Assembly (NCBI GenBank): GCA_977030845.1
Contig: OZ365114.1
Coordinates: 15,190,001 to 15,254,000 of the forward strand
Source of the DNA: Fimbriosthenelais zetlandica
Lineage: Eukaryota
Direction: 5' to 3'
DNA length: 64,000 nt
Under the pieces are notes generated by a model, which searched no databases, was not told the origin of the DNA, and was given only the letters and a program-made list of their open reading frames with translations. The translations under genes and the position numbers were made by a program. Shown here piece after piece: positions 56,701 to 64,000 of this stretch (positions within the stretch are counted from its first letter, which is position 1; each line of letters begins with the position of its first letter).

Positions 56701-59700
56701 TCCCTCTGGGGATGTTAGTGGAAGCATCCCCCTGACTTTTGGCACACCTCTGCACCTGTTTTCTCTGAAACCAGGTACAAGAGCGCACCGCCCACTCAAA
56801 GTGCTACCATCCTATACATCAGCATTACTGATTCACAAATACTATTTCCCCCAATTTCTTTCACATTGAGAACTATCAGTAGATCCATTCTAATTTAATC
56901 TGTTTTGCCAAACCCTAGTTGCCCAGTACGTCCGAATATCAATGCCAGAAAATTCTATGGATGTTCCGTCCGTCTACATTGTATAATGTGAACCCCTCCT
57001 CCTTAGAAAGATTCTGCATCATGGAGACAGAAAAAATGATTGTATAGCTCGAAAACTACAGCAAGCAGAGACAAAGCATAAACAGTGGGTGCCTACTGTA
57101 CAACAGCCCCTCCACTCCACAGGGTGTAACGCCCTAAACTAAAACTGGCATATGAGCCAGACTTCTTAAAATAAACCCATTACTGATTCATTGAATTAGT
57201 GTTTTTTCGCTTTGTAGAGGCAAATAGACGGACATTTTATTAACAAAACCAGTCAGATAGGACCGTTTGATACTAAAATGTCATTTAATATAATTGACTT
57301 TCATGTAGAAAGTTGTAGAACCAACCAACTACAAACCAACTGGCTCTTATTACAATTATATTTTTAAAAGATTCAGCATGAGATATGTCTATGTACAGTG
57401 ATTTTTAATGCACTGCCAGCAATATTGGAGGCAGAGGTCTAGCATTATTACCCGTTAACCCCGACCCCCAATGCTGCTTGTATGCGATCTGACATAATTA
57501 TAGACACATTACATGTAATAGAGTGACCATACTGATATTCTGCTGCCGGGGGTTCCCCTCCGTCTTACCCATAATGAGGTGGACAATGCGAGGACATTTC
57601 ATGAGGCTGAAAAACCACTCATCGCAGATAAAAAGAATTCAAGCATTCGCATGTCCCGAGAAGGAGTACTTGAAAGACAATTTTTCATAATAATAATAAG
57701 TGATACCAATCATCCATCAGACACGCTTGGAATCATTAACAATTAGGCTACATTTCCCCTTTTCCGCTCCAAAACTGACACCCCGCGTTATGCATTTTTT
57801 GAATGGCCCCACTTCAAAATAATGCCGTGTGGAATACTATCCTATATACATTCGGTTATTCAGATTCTTTACAGCATTGAAAAAACATTACAGGGAGCCA
57901 TTAACCCTCTGATGAAAGCCAGAAAATCCGGTCTTTCAAGCAGGTAATTGCAGTTTCCATGGGTTAATCAGACCATGTCAAAGACATGAACATTTGAAGA
58001 TAGCTACCATATAATCAGGCATACTCATCTACCAAACTTTTACAGGTCATTGGTGACATGATCTCTTAAGTCTCTTAATGTTGGCCTTTTAAAACTGTCA
58101 ATGTGTCAGATGGAAACTTTCAAACTTCCAGAACAGGTCAAGATTTAATACATACTCTCTTAAAAGGGCAATTTTCCCTGAAAGTGAACAGAGTACTGTT
58201 GAATTGAAAACATAGATGGAGAGATCATACACTATGAACTATCCATCTGCAATATGCATGCCAAAGCTTTGAAACTGTAAACAATTTTTTCAAATTATGT
58301 TTTTAAAGAAGTACATGCAGGCACACCTCCACGCACTGCTCATATGAATGAAAACCGACATATGTGTTGGAATTCATCCATGAGTCAACTCCCTGAAAAG
58401 CCTCAGGCATTGTTCACAATGTTTGGAAATCTGTTGACCAATATCCTTAAAACTACCAAGTTGACACTGAAGCATGTAGCAAATGAAAAGCACTTGACAA
58501 AGTGTGTTCATATACATGGGTACATCCAAAAGCACACATGCCGATCGAGTCGTCTCCATCTAACAATGTGCCTCATCCATCACTGGTTTCACATGTTGAA
58601 AGTTCAATCATCATTCCTCTAATAAAAATCTCATTCATCTTGGATTTAAAATGGATCCTCGTTGACATGAAATGATGTAATGAGGGGGATGATTTATTGC
58701 GAGACAATTGCCAGTTGTCTAGGCAACAAGAATTAACCACAATTACTCTGAACCTGACCCAAATCTCATAAATTTCAGCAGGGTGCATGTATATTATAGA
58801 TAGAAGGATTATGCCAGAGATAATTCCAAACATTTATTCTATAGGCATCTGTATTTGCCTTGATAAATATTGATTGTACATTTTTTTTCGTTTAGCTTAA
58901 AATTGAAATCCCCATGTCATTTCTTCACATGTTTATATGTCATTATGTGAGAGACATGCATAATAAGCATGGCCTAGATGCATGTTCTCTTTGGCATAAA
59001 AAGTTCAAGGCAGGTCGACCAGTCTGCCATTTAGGACTTGCAATTATCCTTGCTTCACATGTTTTTCATACGACTTTCAGCGGATATTAAATATTATGTC
59101 TAGAATAATTTCTTTATCGAATCTTCAAATTATCCTAGCAACCCAAGGCAAGGTAAGCCTGATATGGAGCAATGTTTTAAACATGGCCTTGGAGGTCAAT
59201 GGGCACAATATTATATATATTTTGAATTGTTATTTCCCCGATGAAGATAAGCATGAACTTATTTAATGCTACAGCAGTCAGCCCTGTTTGTGGGGCATGG
59301 TATGCAGGACTCAATGTTTGTACATTGCACTACCAGGGGTTTGTCACAGTGATAATTTATTTGACATAGATGAGCGTGGGACATCTCAGACTACTAACAA
59401 ACAGTGAAGTAAACCATGAAGTAACAACGGTTTCCTTCATGAGAAAGTGGTTTTATAAACTTCATAAAATGTCTCACACTGTGTTATTAGTCCTAATATG
59501 ATTGCAAGTAGTTCGCGTCAATAAATCCCAGGTACACTGATGCTTTCTGGAATGATCAACACTTCCCAATTACACGTGAAAAGATCGGGTAGGCCTACGT
59601 TTAATTGCTAAAGATTTTACTTTTTAACAAGAGCGGGTGGAATAAAAAAAAGGAACGGAGCGGTGTGGAAGTAATTCCAGAAACCTATGTATATAACGCA

Positions 59701-61606
59701 TCCAATCTCGCCCCACCCCAACGATCTCCAAGATCTTCTCCATGGTCTCCCCATGTGCTCCTAATTACAAGGCACAGACAAGGAGAAATATCGCTATGCC
59801 TTCCAGTAAGATGCACTGAAATAGCAAACCACTGACCAAGCAAGTTTTTTCCATACATTTCAATCTAAAAAACACGTCCAACCTCCTTCACGTTCGGGAA
59901 ATATACAACCTGCAACAGAAGAGGTATGATCTGAGAATCACAATTTACTCACTCAGTTTTTTCTGTCGAAAAGTCTAGAGATAAATCCAGGAATTTGTTT
60001 CGGAGGAATTTCACAAATTTATGCTGAAGACTCTCTGATGTCCAAAGGTACCTGTAAATTAATGTGAAAAGCAATATATTGTTAGTGAAATAATGCTGAA
60101 ACACTGTGAAAAGTAATAGCAACATTAATGACCAAATGATAATTATGTTCAATATCAAATTCCTTAATGTTAATAGTTGATCATTAACTAAGTAAGTTGA
60201 GAGAGTATATAGCTATACCGACCAGTCTCCTGGAGTGTGAGGGGGAGAGTGAACGATCCGAGTTAGAACAGGGAAGGTAGAGAGACAGTGAGTGAGAGTG
60301 AGAGAGACATGGCTTGGGGGCCAGTACATGTTACTTGCTCATGGGGCATACATTCACATTCAGGAGCCACTGACACTGGGTAAGGATGCACTTAAACTTG
60401 CATCCAGATTCTGCATTTCCAACTTCCCACGAGGTTTTCTCTCCACATGTCGTGTGCACACAGCTTCCACAACTTTAACAATATTAATATTTAGGATAAC
60501 ATTCTTTTGAAAATTATCTTTTTAAATTAAAATTATCACATCAAACTCTGAGGAAATCAGTGTCTATTTTTATTATCCTGAAAGAATTTCTCAAATGTCT
60601 CATAGAAAAAATTGCGAAGGTTCACACAATCTGAGACTCCCTCCCTCAAGTAGTGTAGCGAATTTAGGTAACAGATCCACATAGTATTCTTATGGAGCCT
60701 GGCACCATACATGCCCCCTGTCACTGTCAGCCTGACAAGAGCTAGTTTGTAAAACTTGACCCCATGGGTTAGATTCCTGACGTGAGCACGTCGCATGTTG
60801 CTAGGGGCAACACGAAGGCATATTTATATAATGATACATTGTTCTTTAATGAAAAAAAACATCGTATATCATCGCTATAATCATTGGGTGAATTCAGTTG
60901 CAAATATTTTGTTATCGTTGTTTTTGTAACAATGAATTCCATATATTAATTACTACAATCCAGACTTTAGACTGCCCTAGATAATTACCTACAATTTCTC
61001 TGCTATATTTGTAGAAAATCTAGGTTAAATACCTCAGAGATCTGTCCTGTATATTTACTTATGGCTACAAGCCAATATAAATTATGTTATCATCTAATTG
61101 AAGAATGGGATCGTTACCTCCTCCTTAGTCAAAGTCCTTCGCCCTCTAAGAAAAGTGAGCTTAGGATAGTTTACAGAAGACTGGGATGAAATAAATTATC
61201 TTTGAGGACCAAGAGGAAGGTCAGAGCAATTGGTCGTCCCTGTGGATACCAACACTAACCCAATTAACCTCACACCCATACTTTGAAAGGCTTCTTCCTG
61301 TATGAAATATGTCTGGAGATCAATATTTAATCTAAAACCCGGGGATGTGCAGTACATTAGCATTAGGAATCAGCCTGTAGCTAGTTAATATGCTACTGAA
61401 TATGATCTCCTTGTGTTGTGGCGGGGCTGAGGTATGATGGAGTAGTTAGGATTAACCATCCTGGCTTATCTTAAAACAGGAGGCCCTATCATTCCAGGTA
61501 TGTAGGCGGGGTGTACATCGTAAGTCAGTCTGCTCCATGACAAGTTAGTTGTAAGCAACAGATGGTAATGTATGTCCCACATAGAATGGAAACTTTCACC
61601 CTGAAT

Positions 61607-61743
61607 CATCAAACATAACGCTCATCAGGCGTCATAAAACATAACGCTCATCAGGCGTCATCAAAGATAACGCTCATCAGGCGTCATTAAACATAACGCT
61701 CATCAGACATTATCAAACATAACGCTCATCAGTTATCATCAAA
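61607..61743. repeat. 26-bp minisatellite, about 5 copies (aaacataacgctcatcaggcgtcatN)
   Basis: Unit starts at 61611, 61637, 61663, 61689, 61715; the last two copies are degenerate. Confidence 0.92.
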
Positions 61744-64000
61744 CTCGTGGCTATATAAGCTCACTCCCTCCACCCTCCATCTTACCTCACTCTCCTCTCC
61801 CTCCCACTGCCTTTCCTTGCTTGCCCCTATTCCTGCATTCAGAAACTACTGGCTTGCAGCTAAAGCAGGTTTAAGCAGGTGTTAGATTTTAACATCTGGT
61901 TGTTCAAGCCTGGTGGTTATGGCTCAAGGAGTTGAAAACGTTTTTAATAGACTGAATGATATTCGCCTTCTGAAGTAAGATCTTTTTATTTTCGGTTCTC
62001 TCCTGTAGGTTAGAATGGCACGGTGGAATCTGGCTCCAGGTGAGGGCTGTGGTGGTCTGAGTTGTCTGTGTGCTTGTTTTTAAGCTGGAATCAGATCTCA
62101 TACCACGCCCAGCCACCGTCACTACCATCAGCTGGTGTTATTTAACCTGTAGAAGCTATGCAATACGGACACACTATCTAAAGTCAAATGGAATCTTTCA
62201 TATTTATGTTATTGGCTAAAGTAAAATAGTGTATTGCCACAGATAACGATGAGTGGTCAAGGGTATAAACGGTTGAAAATGCTACCCAAAAAACCGTGGT
62301 AATCTCTACTTGGTTCATGCTGCAAATAGAGATACAATTTGGAATTTGGAAATAACAGGCCTCAAATCTGATGCGGTTTTGACTTGGGATTTCCTAGGTT
62401 TAACCGAGGCTATGGTAAATTTCAACTTTTTACGGATTGAACATTCGATTATACACTTATTTGATAGCTCAGTAAATATTTCGGTTATGGCTAAGAGTGA
62501 TAGTCTTAATATATAACTATTTAAGTCAATTGAATTGTTTTCAACGTTTAATGAAGAGATCATATCCCTTATTCAACTTCTTTTCGTCCAAATATCTATA
62601 ATTCCGACTAAGTTCATAATTATTTCTCATCGTTTTTTTGTACTTTATCCTTTTTAAACGTACACAATATTGAAAAGCGATCGCTGCCTGACCATTTAAT
62701 CACACCTTTTTCAGCAAGTGTTTTGCCATCTATCTACCAGGGGGAGGTACCGAAGCAGCTCCCTAAAGTATATTATTGAACAACTGACGCGCCGACTGGT
62801 GTTTATTTTGCTAACTTACGAACGATCTCGAGTCACATTCGAGCTTAATTCTTACCGAATGATTTCAATGTCAGTGGTGAGGGTGGGTCCCCCCCCCACC
62901 CACACTCAGCCCCACATGTACACACACCCTTTCCCTTCCATATCCATGGATCCATTATGCTCCCATTCCGCATGTCCAACCATTCACCGACATCCCCCAT
63001 AGACCCATCGCATTAAAAACTAGCCACCACGATTACCAGTAATCATTAATAATCCCATTTCCCCTGCCAGAATAAACTTTAAAAATACACTAAGCCATTA
63101 TAATATCATCATGACATACCCAGGAGAGTTTTACAAGGCAGCCTCACACCTCAATGATTAACCTCGTTAAATCAGGCAGCGTTTAACTTTAGAGATTAAG
63201 TATTTAGTTGCATTACCAAGAATTCTGATGATTCATATAGAATATAATTATAGAATTAATTTATAGGAATAGACTGAAGGCAATTATCTATCTCCTGTCC
63301 AGGTCGCCAATTACAACCAGCCTAAAACTTGCGTACACAACAAAGACCCTCTTTGAGAGAAAAATGTGTATTGAGAGGCAGACTGAAAGTTATAGATGAG
63401 TACCAAAAAAACATACTTAAAACCTTAATATTTACATAAAAACTTAATATATAAGTCATCGTTTCTTAATGCCTGTTACTCTATAGTAAAATACACTTTG
63501 AAATTTAAATATTTCAAAAATTCACATTTTGACATAATTCCTCATGCAAGGACTAAGTGCTTTCCAAACATAGACAAAGTAAAATCTTTAGTTCTAGGCC
63601 CATAGACACACCTAAATCCATCTTTTTGTAATTCCTATTCCACTAAGTGTAAAGTGAACATTTTCAAACTTCTGTCTAGACTCTTGTCTCTAAGCAAAGT
63701 ACTGGTACTTAACTGCTATAACAACACAGCCTCCTAGCCCTCTATTCTAATCCTCCAGTCTTGCACCCACCCACCATTTTGACCTGCTGCCATGGCAACA
63801 AGAGAGTTTCCTCCTAGACTTGACCACAACACCTCTAAGCATACACACCAGTCAGGGTCTCCCCCTAGACTTGACCACAAACCCCTTGGCTATATATAAT
63901 TCTTTTGGATAATCACTTATTGTGTCAAAGTAATCAATTTCAGGCTAATGTTTTTAAATATGAGAGAACAAAACTAAACTCTTGATAGGTATTACAAATT

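Noticed and set aside
61607-61743. CRISPR-like array
   Set aside because: Head-to-tail repeats without unique spacers in a eukaryotic, intron-containing context; an ordinary minisatellite.
61904-62148. Minus-strand 74-aa ORF as an alternative first exon of the plakin gene
   Set aside because: Has an acceptor and ATG but no clear in-frame donor and no homology support.

Overview
AT-rich, intron-dense genomic DNA from a metazoan, probably an invertebrate (inferred from gene structure and the tRNA-iMet variant; the taxon cannot be determined). From left to right: (1) the first 8 coding exons of a minus-strand SLC9A/NHE Na+/H+ exchanger (173-5332) with a His-rich N-terminal ectodomain, continuing off the left edge; (2) a tandem tRNA cassette (Gly*-Asp-Gly'-Asp-iMet, 13578-14352) abutting a strand-biased TCCGTT-rich array; (3) two head-to-head genes for small secreted Cys-rich granulin-like peptides (15432-16072 minus, 17842-18288 plus); (4) a large minus-strand gene (at least 19652-37183, perhaps starting near 52.6 kb). 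I assembled its exons by hand into a shortened plakin domain (spectrin repeats plus SH3), a Ser/Thr/Gly-rich linker, plectin-type repeats and a terminal exon ending in a KASH domain (...GPPPT*). The plakin-KASH join needs a GC-AG splice that competes with an in-frame stop, so it is a prediction that needs transcript data; it is the most interesting item here. The 38-64 kb region is mostly intronic or intergenic, with a few exon-like, promoter-like and repeat elements. All exon calls come from manual translation and splice-site/phase logic; no database searches were run.
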